Source: Octopus vulgaris
Taxonomy: Eukaryota
Direction: 5' to 3'
NCBI GenBank assembly: GCA_951406725.2
Contig: OX597814.1
Location: forward strand, 139,500,001-139,564,000
DNA length: 64,000 bases
The notes below the pieces were generated by a model. It made no database searches, was not told where the DNA came from, and saw only the letters and a list, made by a program, of their open reading frames with translations. The translations under genes were made by a program, and so were the position numbers. Every line of letters begins with the position of its first letter. The stretch's first letter is position 1. Below are positions 11,101-25,507 of this stretch, in pieces.

Positions 11101-12410
11101 TGGTGGAATATTACATATGGTTGTTACAATTGTCTGTGAGTTTTGTCTGTCAGTCGAATTAAAGTGTAAGTAGAGGTAGGTATACAGTGCAGAAGAAAGA
11201 TTTGAAGTTAGCTATTGTCACTTGGATGGATGAACAAGAGAGACAAATGGTTGTTCAATGTGTGTTGTAGAGGTCATCATTAAAATGAAAGCTCTTCTGC
11301 TCATAGAAAATCACTTGTTATTCAGTACCATATTGATCTAAGTAACATGGCTGATCATCAGTTTTGTTCTTTTCATTGTATTCAAGAGAACAGCATTGTT
11401 GTATTGCTCTTTGCTCTAATCGTTCCATGTCACATGATTGGTACCTTGCACTATTGGTAATGGAGATCTATTATTACTGGTTCTTTGTGACGATCTGATG
11501 AGATTTGTTCAAGAATGGCTTGACCCTCCAACCACCTAATTATTAATATGCATAAAAGAAGTTATTTATTGATCTTCTTCAGCTTATTTGAATATAAGAA
11601 GTGTGGTTTGTGTGTGTGTATATATATATATATACTTGTATGTGTGTGTGTATATATAGATATGTGTGTTGGTATGTGTATGTGTGTGTATATATATGTA
11701 TATGTGTGTGTATATATATATATATATATAAAATATATGCATATACATATTTTTAGAGTTTGTCCAAGCTTTCAATTTTGTCATTTTCTTATAAGAATGT
11801 AGCATTTAAATACCAAATAAGTGTTATAAAGATAATCTTTTATGAAGCTTGTGAAGATTTTATGATGACATCAGCCAGCCAAAATATTTCTTTCAGTGAC
11901 TGTGAACCCAATTCATTACTATTCTCATCCCTGTACCATCAGATCAACAAATAACCCCTGGTTATTTCCTTAACAAGCATTCACCCCTGTGATTGGCTTG
12001 GGGCTGTTCTCAGCAAATTGCATATAGGCTGGTTGTCCATTCACTGTTTCACATTATAAGTGCACTGCCAACACATTCTTCCATGTCGACTTTTGCTTCT
12101 CATTATGACTGGCAGCAAGTATGGACACAGTACTAAAATTACTTTGACAGATGTTTCTGTGCAATGAAATAGTAAAAATTCCTTTTTTTACTCAAAAACA
12201 ATATCTACTACTTGCCACTTTAGTGATTTTGTTATTACTGAAAAATTCCATGCTGTAAGTTGCTCTGATTAGGAAAGCTTTATAAATAATTCCAGAAATA
12301 ATTTGTGTAAACTTCCAAAGAATCTTTTGCACTAAAAATAATCTTGAAAAATAAGATTGAAAAACTTAAAACAGAATATGTTGTAAATTTTGTCAAATAT
12401 GTTGTTGTAC

Positions 12411-12447
12411 AATAAATATTAAAATGTTTGTCTTTTTGTTTTTTTCC
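12411..12447 (+). terminator. Candidate distal polyadenylation signal of DUSP12
   Basis: AATAAA at 12411-16 followed by a GU/U-rich tract (tgtttgtctttttgttttttt); dense repeats resume right after. A proximal AATAAA pair lies at 10614-10623. Confidence 0.5.
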
Positions 12448-13747
12448 ATCATAGACATCATCATCTTCATCACATCATGATTATTAAATTTTACTTCTCA
12501 GGGCTCTCGATCTTGCTCCATTTAATTCTGTGAGAGTGGACAGCAACCTGTTGTCAAAGGTCTCCTCCCCTTCCTCCTCCCCTCCTCCTCTTCCTCATCA
12601 TCAACATCACCCTCATTTTCATATATCATCATCAGGAGTGGCTATGTGGATATAGGCGCAGGAACGGTTATGTGGCAAGAAGCTTGCTTCCCAACCACAT
12701 GGTTCTGGGTTCAGTCCCACTATGTGGCACCTTGGGCAAGTATCTTCTACTATAGCCTCAGGCCAACCAAAACCTTGTGAGTGGATTTGGTAGATAGAAA
12801 CTGAAAAGGAGCCTGTCATATATATATGTATGTATATATTTGTGTGTCTGTATTTGTCCTCCCTACCATCATTTGACAACAGATGTTGGTGTGTTTACGA
12901 CCTCATTACTTAGCAGTTTGGCAAAAGAGACTGATAGAATAAGTACGAGGCTTACAAAAAAATAAAGTCTAGGGTCAATTTGTTCAATTAAAGGCAGTGC
13001 TCCAGCATGGCTGCAGTCAAATGACTGAAACAAGTAAAAGAAAATAAGAGAAGATCATCATCATCATCACCAGCATCATCTTCATCAAGGCAGCAGGCTG
13101 GTTAAATTAGGGCATTGGAAATATTGTTTAGAAGTATATGATCCAGTTCTTTATTTTTTGATTTCAAATCCTACCAATGTCAGCTTTGTCTTTCATCCCT
13201 TCAGTGTTGATGAAATAAAGTACTAGTCCTTTACTGGGGTCAGTGGTATTGACTCGACCCCCACTTCACTCAAAATTGTTGGTCATGTGCCTAACTTAGA
13301 AGCAATTTGAGCTGGCAGAACCCTTAGCATATCAGACAAAATGCTTAGCAGCATACCCTCCAGTGGCAATGGCAGCAACCACCACTACCATCATCAGCAG
13401 CAACAGCCGTTCAAAAATTTAGACCTGGAGATCTCCATTTCCAGCGACTTCGAGGGCCACCTCCCAGTGGTGTCGGGCGTTAATGAAGAGCCCTCAACTA
13501 GAACAAGACGACCAAAGTTTTTTTTTTTCGAGGTCTGGGCTCTCCCGCCCCTAAGCCCTAAACCATCACCTAATCCCCCTTATCTGTCTTGTTGCTTAAC
13601 AACAGCAACAGCAGCATCATGTAATGTCCATGTTGGCATGGGCTGAACTGCTTGACAGGGCCTGATGAGTTAGAGAAATGCATCATACCCCAGTGTCTAT
13701 TTTGACATGGTTTCTACAGCTAGATGCCCTTCCTAACACCAACCACT

Positions 13748-13967
13748 TTAACCCTTTTGATACCAACCCAGCTGAAACTGCCTCTGGCTCTATAGTACAA
13801 ATGTCTTGTTTTGAATGAAAAGCTTGCACCAAACCTTAGTCACAATTTATGTTCCTAACACCAGCTTAATAACTAAGTTATTTTACTAAATTCTTTGTTA
13901 TATTTAAAATTAATTGAAAAAAAAAACACATAGCATCTCAACAGAAATACAGTAATAAAAGGGTTAA
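13748..13967. mobile_element. piggyBac-type MITE, family 1
   Basis: TTAA-CCCTTT...AAAGGG-TTAA, interrupting a family C SINE. Related copies at 21433-21658 and more loosely 1339-1623. Confidence 0.85.
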
Positions 13968-14254
13968 AAAGTGTACTGGGTGCTTTTTTCACGGCACCAG
14001 CAATGCATGGAAAACAGTTATTGCAATATATATCATGTAGTGATATCATTATATATCAAAACTTAGTGAGAGATATTGGACAGCACAGATTTAGAGATAT
14101 TCCCATATTTGAGCAGGATTTAATTTGTCAACCCCAAAAATATGAATGGCAAATTTGACCTCAACAAGAATTGAATTTATCTTCTGAGTTCAAATCCCGT
14201 CAAGGTAAACTTTGCCTTTCAACCTTTTTAATGTCAATTGAAATACCAATCAAT

Positions 14255-14483
14255 TTAACTCTTTAGCATTCAGATTACTCTGTCAAATGTAATGCTAATT
14301 TATTTTCATTGTTTTGAATTTATCATTCATTAGCTTGCAGCTTCAAGATTTTGATGATGTGATTGTGTATTTTTAGAATGACATTGTAGAGTATGTGTGA
14401 AAGGTCAGATCTGTCTGATCTGAACTTCAAACAGGAAACAATATTTGGGCTGGATATGGCTGGTTTATATACTAAAAGGTTAA
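14255..14483. mobile_element. piggyBac-type MITE, family 2
   Basis: TTAA-flanked ~225-bp element with C(C/T)CTTTAGCATT-like TIRs. Copies at 16872-17087, 17942-18168 and 31517-31745. Confidence 0.85.
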
Positions 14484-14683
14484 TTGACTATTTCATCATC
14501 ATCATTATCATCAGTCTCCTCATTGAATGTCTCTTTTCTATGCTGGCATGGGTTGGATGTTTGACTATATCCACTAAGCCATGGGCTCTCATGTCATCTT
14601 TGACTGGATGCTCTTCCTAACATCTACTGCATTCCAGTGTGTACTAGGTGCTCTCTTTTCTTTCATGCTGCAATACTAGTGAG

Positions 14684-15083
14684 CAAAGCCAGATTAAGAC
14701 CAATAGAGGCCCTAAGGACTTAAGATAGTTTGGTGGCCCCATATATATGCAATTCAAAATATAAACAATAATTCATAAAATAAATTTTAATTCTTCAAAA
14801 CAAAACAAAACTAATGTTTATTTTTGTATACTTCCACTTTACATTTGAGAAATTTTCCCCTACTTTTTTTTTTTAATTGCAAAGTCTTTGATCAAATCCT
14901 CACTATGACTCTACAAACACTTTGAATTTATATTTCCAATCATATAAACCTCTTCTAATATTATTTTAGCAAGTTTAAAGGGATTTCTTTTGTGACGTAA
15001 ACCATTTACCTTTTCTGTGGGGCCCACCTTCCCTTGATGCCCTAAGCACATGCTTATTTTACTTAATGGTTAATCCAGCACTG
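14684..15083. mobile_element. hAT-type MITE
   Basis: Imperfect TIRs caaagccagattaa / ttaatccagcactg with a perfect 8-bp TSD CTAGTGAG (14676-83 and 15084-91). Confidence 0.85.
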
Positions 15084-18000
15084 CTAGTGAGGTTAGCAAG
15101 TAACTTGCAAGACAGGAAAAGGAAAAAGTAGCAGTGGCAGGATTAGAATAGGGGTGGTTGGCTTTATGTCAGGTGTTTTGAGGCTAAAGTATGATAGAAC
15201 AAGCACGGGTGTCTTACTATAGAAAAGATACACGACTACTCTGCATTATATAAGGATGGTGAAAGGAGCTGGAAAGAAACTAAAGATGGTGGTAATGGGG
15301 TGCCAAAGTAAACTCTGAAGGTACAAGGAGGTGAGCATAAGTGAGAATATGGACAGTCATCATCATCATCATCATTTAACGTCCACTTTCTATGCTAGCA
15401 TGGGTTCAATGATTTGACTGAGGACTGGCAAACCAGATGGCTGCACCAGGCTCCAATCTGATATGGCAGAGTTTCTACAGCTGGATGCCCTTCCTAACGC
15501 CAACCACTTCGAGAGTGTAGTGGGTACTTTTACATGCCACCAGAACAAGGGCCAGTTAGGCGGTACTGGCAATGGCCATGCTCAAATTGTGTTTTTTACG
15601 TGCCACCTTCACAGGAGCCAGTCCAGCGGCACTGGCAATGACCTCGCTCGAATGTTTTTTCATGTGCTACCTGTCAAGTGCCAGTAAGGCGGAGCTGGTA
15701 ACAATCACGCTCGAATAGTGCTTTTTACGTGCCACCAGCATGGAAGCCAGTTTGCTGAATTCTGTAAATTTGTAACATTGTACAAATGTTATAAATCAAT
15801 ATAACAGTTATGATATCGAAATGTTTGATGTATGAGGTGTGAAAAGAAGATTGAGTAATGTTAGTATAGGGCAACAAGTATTAGTTTTATCAATATATTA
15901 GCATGGAATAATAAATATCCAAATGTCATTATCATGTGGCTATAGGTGCAGGTATGGTAGTGTGGTTAAGAAGCTGACTTTGTAACCACATGGTTCCAGG
16001 TTCATTCCTACTGTGTGGCACCTTGGGCGAATGTCACCTACTCTTGACATAGTCTGAGAAGTGAATTTGGTAGATTAAAACTGTGAAGAATTGTGTGTTT
16101 ATGTCTGTATTGTGTTTGTTCCCTATCACCATTTGACAACTGGCATTGGTTTGTTATGTCCCCATAACTTAGTGGTTTGGCGAAAAGAGATAACTAGAAT
16201 AAGTACAAGACCAAAGAAAAAGTGCTGGGTTCAATTTCTCTGACTAAAACCCATCAAGGTAGTGCCCCAGTATGGCTACAGTTCAGTGACTGTAACAAGT
16301 AAAAGATAAAAAAAAGTTATGGTCTCAACAGCATTATCTTCCTCTCCCCTTCCTCCTCCTCCTCATCTTTTACATCTGTTTTTCCATGTGGGCATGGGTT
16401 GGAGTCATTCATCATAGTCCATATAATTGTGCAGCAAGAAAAAAAAAAACAATGAAATTTGATATGCTGTGAGTTCTAAATGCATTTTATCATGCCACCC
16501 CTGGATCCCCCACTACCTTTTCTTAGCTATTCTTCTAGCTCTGCCATCCTAAATTGGTAGCCTGCAATGGGGTTTGCAGAGTCCACATCTCACTTGACCA
16601 TGTTTTCCAGGACTGGGTACTCACTTTGTTACCAGCCACTTTACAAAGTGTATTGCATGCATTTTATCAAGCAACCAGCACTAGAGAGGTCCCATGAGAA
16701 CTAAAGGGAATCTCTCTTCTCTATATTAATTCTATTTAGTAATTGCCCTCTTAAATAGGTAACCTGCAATAAGGCTTGCAGAGCCCATGTCTCTCTTGAT
16801 TTATCAATTGAATGGTATATCTTAGCTTTGTCAGTGCCCACTATCTTATACTCTATCCATTCATTGCCCCCTTAACACTTTAGCATTTAAACTGACCACA
16901 TCCATCCCTGCTTTATGTTCAAACTTGCTAGAACTGACTTCTCATACTTACTTTACAATGTCATTCTAAAAGTAAACAGTCACACAATTAGGACCTCAAA
17001 GCTACAAGATAATACATGATTAATTCAAAACAATGTCAATAAATAAGCATTACATTTGAGAGAGTAATCTGAATGCTAAAGGGTTAAAATAATGCACCCA
17101 TTTATGTCATTAATACTATAAATATTATCCCTTAAAAGACTAAATGTCCCATGCTATCTTTGGTGTAGTTTTCACAACTGGAAGTCGTGGTGGTGGTGGG
17201 AGCAGTTGGGTGTGTGGTGGTTCCAACTAAATAGTTGATATACTTTCATTTCCTGCTCAAGTCATTGATGTTATAAAAACCTAGAGAATTAACAAAACTG
17301 AAAAAGACTGAAGACAAATCATAATAGTCTTGGATTTAGACACAAAACCAGCAATTTTGAAGGGAGGGGGGAACAGGTGCAACTATTGACCCTACTACTT
17401 GACTGGTACTTCATTTTATTAACCCCTGGAGGTATGAAAGGCAAAGTTGACCTCAGCAGGATTTGAACTCAGAACACAAAGAGCTGGAAGCAGAACAGTA
17501 AAGTATTTTGTTCAGTGTTCTGATGATTGTAGCTATTTATTTGCTTCCAAAGACAAACAAAAGTTGTTTATTAATTTAGGTAACAAGGCCAGCAGTTTGA
17601 GGGAGCAAAGGTAGTTGATATCATCAACCCCAGGAGAGACCACTAGAATAAAAATACTAAAGAAAGCGTAAGTGCTGGATTCAGTCCAATGACTGTAACA
17701 AGCAAAAAGATAAAAAGGATGAAAAGCAAAATTGGCTTGGTGGGATTTAAATTCAGAACATAAAGAGCCAATTGAAATGCTGCTAGTAATTCCTTCCAAT
17801 GCTCTAATCATTGTGCCAGTTCACCACCTTCCAATGACAAATAATAATGAATGGAAGAAATGGTAAGTCTATCCTTGAATTAGCTTTTCTCCTTGCCTCA
17901 GGTTTTCTGGGGGTATGTTTGCTATCAGACCACTGTATAGTTTAAGACTTTAGCATTTAAACTGGCCATACCTGACCCAAATATTCTTCTTGAATTATGT

Positions 18001-19504
18001 TCAAACCAGCCAGAGCTGACCTCTCATGCCTTCCCTACAAAGTCATTCTAAAAATAAGCAATCAATCATCAAAATCTCAAAGCTACAAGATAATGCATGA
18101 TTAATTCAAAACAATATGAATAAATAAGCATTGCATTTGACAGAATAATCTAAATGCTAAAGGGTTAAATGCCTAGCTTATAGAGAGACTGAGTGAACCA
18201 AGTAAAGAGCTGAATAAGCTACATTAATAAATTAGTACAAAGTGAAAGTCTTTTTCTGGGTAAATAAATTGGGTAAATAAATTCAATTTCATTTGCACAA
18301 CAACAATTGCTTAACCGACTTTATTTTATTTTGTCTGAGTTTTTAATTCTTATGTATTCGTTTTAATCTTCTTACAGTTTATTAAAACTGTAATTTGTGT
18401 AGTTTAGTTTCAGAGCTTAATTCTGATGTTGGAACAGATTTGTTAAACCCAGATTTTAATAATCAATCTCAGTAAATAGACTCTATAATATATGTATTAC
18501 TGTTTGATTTTTCTCTTGTGTCTCTGAGATACACTCAAGTAAATATACTTAATTCACTTACAGTTAGGAACTGCAGTTTATACATTGACAGAATTATCAA
18601 TATTTCCCTGTGAAACTAATAAATCACATCTGAATCACTTGACTTTCTGTTCATACTTGTTACAAGCCACCTCCAAGATAATTTGATCAATTTCTTATAG
18701 CATTAGATAAGACAGTACAATAACAATTTTCTAATTTATTTACTTAGTTCCACATGCTGGACACATCATCTTAGTTCTGTCAGTGGTCTAACTAGATAAA
18801 TGCATTAGAACAAAACTTGCTTTTTGTATAGTTCTGTTGGCTTTGTCTCAGGAAACCAGTGTTTTGTAGGATAATACCAAGGAACTAAGAGGCCATAATG
18901 ATTTAATCAATACCATTATCTTCCATAGAACTGAAGATATTAGACAGATGTTTTCAATTCTAATTCTTGCCATTAAAGATGTTAACAATATCTCGTTTTC
19001 CAACTGAAATTATTTCCTGGTATTGGTATTATACCATTTCCCAATTACCTCTGTCTTTGTTATCGGCAGCCTTGAAACTTTATTGATAGCAATCAGTTTA
19101 AGCTGTGTTATTTATGCTTACCGGGCTCTCTATTCTCAAGCCACAAAAGGAATTCTATTCCATAAAATAAAACTCTTTCTTTTTGTCTTCCCTCCCAGAA
19201 CAACAAAATGGTCATAAAATTTACTTGTGATTACATAGTAACTTTTGTAGTGTTATTTCTGTGACCTTAATCTTTTGTATTAATAAATGATTAACCACAT
19301 GGAGATCTCCACGCACATTTACATCCTGTCATAAATTTACTTATAAATGAGTTTGATGAAAGTTATTCTCTTCTTTATGTTCCTGCGATTTCATTAGTTT
19401 TGGTTACTTAAAAGTGTCTGGTCACATATTTTATTCATAAGTATTGCTCTTCTCTTGATTTACTGACCACAAGCGAAAAGCAAATAATTGTTTTGTCTGT
19501 AAAC

Positions 19505-20188
19505 CAGCAGTTCACAACTGGGATCCGCATGACTCTTGAGAGCCCATATAAGAGTTTATTGTTAAAATTTATGTGCAATAAATTGGTTCTTTTACAATAC
19601 ATAAAGTATGTTAACTTTTTATACAATTCCTAATACATGCCGTCATCAACTTACAACCTATCCAGCTTACAACCGATTGACTTTATGATGATTGACGCAC
19701 CAGCTCCCAGCAGCGATAATATATAGTCCAGTTGAAATCTAATGGGTTTAATTTCTTAGAAATTAACCTATCTACAGATGATGTCAGCTAATAAACACTT
19801 ACCCTAGGTTTGGTTTTCAATTGCCACAATAGTTATCCTAAGTGTTGGATGAATATCCTGTCATGGAGACATCAAGGCAACCTCATATGTGTTTATTAGA
19901 TGACTGCTTGAGACAAATAACACTGTTGCAGTATAATACAGAAAGCTGTATGTGACTCTTACCTGAGAATGTACCTTAAGAATGTAAAAATATAAAACAA
20001 GGTTATGTAATCTTATAGGCTGACTTACAACCAGTCAGTCAGAACCAATTGTGGTCATAAGTTGATGACCCGTATTTAATTATAAAAAATATAATAGGAT
20101 TTTTTAAACATCAAATGGCTAGAAGAGTCCATCCGAGTAAAATAGAAATCAAAGGGGTCCACAGGTAAAATATGGCCGAGAACCACTG
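19505..20188. mobile_element. hAT-type MITE carrying a nested TA-flanked MITE (19634-20074)
   Basis: Outer TIRs cagcagttc / gaaccactg, TSD ctgtaaac / ctctaaac (7 of 8). Inner TIRs gtcatcaactta / taagttgatgac with TA ends. Outer body matches 31834-33092 in reverse. Confidence 0.8.
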
Positions 20189-20644
20189 CTCTAAACAGTT
20201 ACTTGAAACTGCTAGAAATAGGAATCAAATCTTTAAAATGAAAGAACATTTTATGTAATGTAGTCCTTAATATACAACAAAAAAAGCATGACCAAAGTTA
20301 GAACAGTCTTGATTGGCTCAAGGCTATAGCAGAAGACACTACTATTGACAAGGTGTCATTGAGTGCAATTGAACCCAAAGCTGTGTGGTTGTAACATGAA
20401 ATTCTAACCCATGTAGCCATGTCTGTATTTTTAAACATCCATTAAGAAAATGTGAGAAAAGGTGAGAGTAAGGTAGATGTAAGAGGTGGAAGGGTGAGAA
20501 CACTGGAAAACAAAAGGAAAATGTAAAAAAAGGGAAAAGGGAGAATTAGAGATATGTCCTCTTTGGCCATAAAGCCATAATAAGGCTGAATGGATAGGGA
20601 TTTAGAATCTGCGATACAGCCATTGTCAGAAGAGGGTGATATTT

Positions 20645-21045
20645 TCCATTTCACTAAAAGGAATTTATCCATATGTTTACATTAACTGAAAATTTCAAAC
20701 CTGGAATTCAGCAGTGCAGTGGATTTCTCAGATTTGAAAAGGATCTGTGATCTTTCAGCTATGCATAGCTTGGCATTTTTTTTTTTTTATCCATTAGCAT
20801 ATGGCATGGATTTTTCAACTATTTTCCACTTGATTGTATGTGGTGTGACATTAGACTTCAGACTCCACATGTGGTTAGCCAATTTAAAGGCTTTACTTTA
20901 GCTCCTGTACTGAAAGAAAGATATGTAGTTAGCATAATAATTTTTGAAGTCACCTTCACATAACCCAATGTAACTCTTCTTTTCAGTTATGTTATCATCT
21001 ACCATTGCTGTAACTTCTGCCATATATATGATAGATTTAATCATG
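20645..21045 (-). pseudogene. Penelope-like element GIY-YIG endonuclease fragment
   Basis: Minus-strand translation SYIGLCEGDFK..LANHMWSLK..IKWKIVEKSMPY..CKHMDKFLL, typical of a PLE C-terminus; disrupted. Confidence 0.8.
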
Positions 21046-21985
21046 TACCCCTGGTCGAGTAGACAACTTCTTGGATCTTGACAGTTACAATTGAGAGAAG
21101 TTGTAGTTGTAATTTAAAGAACCAGTCTTGTCACACTGTATCCCACTGAATCTCCCTGAGAACTACATAAAGAGTATAGGTGTCAGAATGGTGCTCAACC
21201 ACTTGCACATTAATTTCATGAGCAGACTGGAACACTCATCATTGTAACTAACAGAGAATCAAGCCATGCCATTCATTTATTCCTTTACTGACTTCAGTTA
21301 TTGAACTAGGACCATGCTAGGACACCACCTTCATTGGTTTTAGTCTCTTATATCAACTCAACTACTTTGGTTCTTGTTTTCTTGCAGAGGAGGCAAAAAG
21401 GTCAAGACAGCCATTTGTATCCATTGCCTGGCTGAACCCTTTCATTACCAATCCAGCTGAAACTGGCCCTGGCTCTAAGTACAAATGTCGTTTTCATAAG
21501 CCTTTAATTAAAATCTCCCACCAAACCTTAGTCATAATTTATATTCCTAACAGTAGCTAAATGACAACTAAGTTATTATACGAAATTCTTTGTTATGTTT
21601 AAAGTAATTGAAAGAAACACAGAGCATCTCAAAATACATACAGTAATGAAAGGGTGAAACACCACCACTTGGTGACCATTCTCTTGCAAGTAACTTCTTT
21701 CCTTTTTCCCATTAATTACAGACTCCTTCAAAAGGGCTGTTATTTTTCCTATGACTAAACCATTAATAAAAAGAGCTAAAAACAAAACTAATTAAAATAT
21801 TATAAGATATTGTTTGGATATGAGACATGAGACTGACAGTAACATTCACACCAGTTATATGCTATAATCAGTAATATACTGCTTCATAATATACATATAT
21901 ACATGTATGTGCATGTGTGCATGTGTGTGTGTGTGTGTGTGTGTTTGCATGTGTGTGTGTGTGTGTGTCTGTCTTTCTGTCTGTA

Positions 21986-22018
<33 letters not shown>

Positions 22019-22209
22019 TTGTTCTACCTTTCTAACTTGCTATGAAAATGTGTTCAGTCATGCAGAAATATTATTTTGCTTGGATAAAAGGTGAGGTTTG
22101 GCAATAGGAAGAGCATCCTGTCATGTGTATCTATGTCAACAAATTCCATCTGGCCCATGCAAGCATGGAAAATTGGATATTAAAACAATAATGATGATGA
22201 CAATGATAT

Positions 22210-23160
22210 ACTGGTTGCAATGAATAAACTGTTGTCTAAATTACACAAAAATGAAAATAACACTGACATCTCATTTTAAAAGATATATTTACCAAAATTA
22301 CATATAAATATCTTGAAATACTAAAGAGTAAATTTATTCAATAAAATCGCCATTGCCTTCAACCAGATAACTTCAGAATCTCCATCAACTCTTCCAGATG
22401 GTCTCCTTGTTTAAGTTAGTGAATGCTGCCATAATCCTTGCCTTCAGTGCATCTTTGGTGTTACAAGGAGTTTTGTTGGTCTCTTGCTTAACTGTGCCCC
22501 ATGCATAAAATCAAGGGAGTTGCAGTCTAGAGAATTAGCTGGCCAAATGTTAGGGGTGATGTGGTCGCAGAAATTGTCTAACAGTCATGACTGGATTCTC
22601 CTGTCTGTGTGGCATGGTGCAGAGTCCTGTTGCCAGACATAGGGTCTTCCATCAGCCAGGGCAGCACTACCTCCTTCATGATAATTCTGAGGCCGTGTGG
22701 GAAGATGAATGGAGGCATAACGTTGCCATCACTAGTGATCACTTCAAACACCATGATGTTGACTGGATGTTTCATTTTTGTCACTCTAGGTACATGTCCT
22801 CAGATTGACACCCAAACACTCTGAAATGTTCATATTGGAGCATCTGGCATGTGTTTGCGTGTGTGTGTGTCTGTGTGTCTGTCTTTCTGTCTGTGTGTGT
22901 GTGTGTGTGTGTGTGTTTGTTCTACCTTTCTAACTTGCTATGAAAATGTGTTCAGTCATGCAGAAATATTATTTTGCTTGGATAAAAGGTGAGGTTTGGC
23001 AATAGGAAGAGCATCCTGTCATGTGTATCTATGTCAACAAATTCCATCTGGCCCATGCAAGCATCTGAAATGTTCATATTGGAGCATCTGGCATGAATGC
23101 CCAGAGGGGAACCTTTTAAGTGCACCCACGGTCATTCGTGACTAACAGAATCAAGTCATA
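22210..23160 (-). mobile_element. Decayed maT/DD37D-like transposon fragment, interrupted by a templated insertion
   Basis: KHPVNIMVFEVITSDGNVMPPFIFPHGL, QQDSAPCH and ITPNIWPANSLDCN on the minus strand. Confidence 0.75.
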
Positions 23161-23202
23161 CATTCATACATGCATACATACATACATACATACATACATA
23201 CA

Positions 23203-23238
<36 letters not shown>

Positions 23239-23347
23239 TATATATTATATATGCACACACACATATATATGTATACCTATATGTATATACATATATACAT
23301 AAATATGTATATATATATACACATACACACACATATGATATATATGT

Positions 23348-23420
<73 letters not shown>

Positions 23421-23518
23421 CATAGTATGTATATGCATATATACATACATACAAACGTATACAAACATATATATATACATATATATACACATATATACAC
23501 ACACACACATATATATGT

Positions 23519-23553
<35 letters not shown>

Positions 23554-23578
23554 ATCTATCTACACATATACTGCACCC

Positions 23579-23622
<44 letters not shown>

Positions 23623-24164
23623 TTATCATTTTAAAAATAAAAGTAAAAACATGTGACTAGTATACTTGGAAAATGCAACAGAATTTTGATGGAAGGGAAA
23701 TTAGCTGATGAAATGAATCTTTGTGTAACAATACTTTGATAACTGAAATAATGAAACAGGAGACTAAATTAAAATTTAAGCAAAAGACCAACATCGCATA
23801 AAGTGAATGTGAAGGGAAAAGAGAATAATGAACAGATATATAGAATATTTAAAAAGATATGAAAAGAGAAAGAAAAGGGAAGGATAAATAAGAGGGAATA
23901 AATAGAGGGAAAATGTGAGGGTGGTGGAGAAGGAGGAAAGAGTGTTAGAAAGAGAATAATTGAAATCTAGAGTGAAAGAAAGCTCTGTGGATTTGTAATA
24001 ATTCTTTGGTTTATTAGAAGAAAACAAATGAAGATTACGATTGAAAGATAACTGAAAAGATTAAAGAGAAAATAATATTGATCTGATATTAGAAAGATTG
24101 GATTTGTGTGCGTGTGTGTGTGTTTGTGTGTGCATGTGCACACATGTGTGTGCTTAGTGTGCGA

Positions 24165-24209
<45 letters not shown>

Positions 24210-25507
24210 GTGATAGATTTACTCTTAAAGATGGAATTCTTGAAGAAAATGAAGATATTTTGCTAAATGGATCAAAGTAATATTATTCTTAATTGGAATG
24301 GTTTTAAGTACTTTTCACTAGTGAACCAATGAAGGAACCTGTTTGCAATCACTTGAACTGTTAGAAATAGCAGCCAAATTTAACTTAAATCATTCTCTGC
24401 CACATTAAAGAGGACAAACACATTAGATAATGTAGTAATAAATACACAGTATCTGAAATAACCCTTTCTGCAATAGGCACAAGGCCTGAAGTTTTGGGGA
24501 AGGGGGCTAGTTGATAGCATTGATCCTATTCCATGACTGGTACTTAATTTATCAACCTCAAAAGGATGAGAAGCAAAATTGACCTCAGTGGAATTTGAAC
24601 TCAGAACATACAGATGGAGAAAATGCCGCTATGTACTTTACCTGGTGTACCAAAAATTCAACCAGCTCACTACTTTAACAGTTTCTGAAATAATATGAAA
24701 TGGTTATGGTTTTATCATTGATGTAATCGATCTGAGCTTACAAAGATATTAAACAAGTTCAACAACAACAAAGACTAGCGGTCTCTTATGCCCTCATACA
24801 TACATCACGGACTCTCATCTCATAGACAACAGATGAGGGATCTGCAATTTCTTACTGAACAAACTGCACAAAGTTTTGTTTACAGTGATCAAATGTTTGT
24901 ACTGTACATTAGCTCACTCCTGCTACCCAATTGACAGATGTGTGGTGCACCATACATCAGATGTTGAAGTGATTGCAGAATGATGTGAAATGAAGTGTTT
25001 TGCTCAAAACTACCACACATCACCCAGTCTGAAAATTGAAACCATGATCTCACAACCACAAGCACAACAGCCTAATGACAAGGCCACATGCCTCACATAC
25101 ATACATAATTAATAAAAAAAAATGGAGAAAAATACAAGAAAGAAACAATGCAAGGACATGGTACATGCAAAGTATTAATAAGACATTCAGAGAAGGAAAG
25201 GAAGACCAGTTGTTTTATATTTTGAGCAAAGCTCTTCTTTGGAAACAGGAGACAGAGGAAAGTCCAAAAGAAAAGGAAGAAGGAGGAAAAAGAATCGCCA
25301 ACAATCCACAGGTAGTTACATTTTGGAATGACCAGAAGTAAATGGATAAAGAGAAAGTGCTTTCTGGGACAGAAGAATGTGAAGAATGATTGGTATCTGT
25401 GTGTATGTGGGGTGCGTGTGTGTGTGTGTGCGTGCAAGCGTGTGGTAGTATGTGAGTGTATGTGAGTGTATGTGAGTGTATGGTAGTGTGTGTGTGGCAG
25501 TAACTAT

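Noticed and set aside
13658-13690. CTGATGA..GAAA hammerhead candidate (also 46143-46160)
   Set aside because: No stem I or stem III pairing; chance match.
23120-23634. Long ORFs rich in YI/MYVC/HTYI (also 27137-28035, 40629-41149, 47431-47822, 48132-48669, 58606-58971)
   Set aside because: Translations of stop-poor microsatellites; no coding signal.
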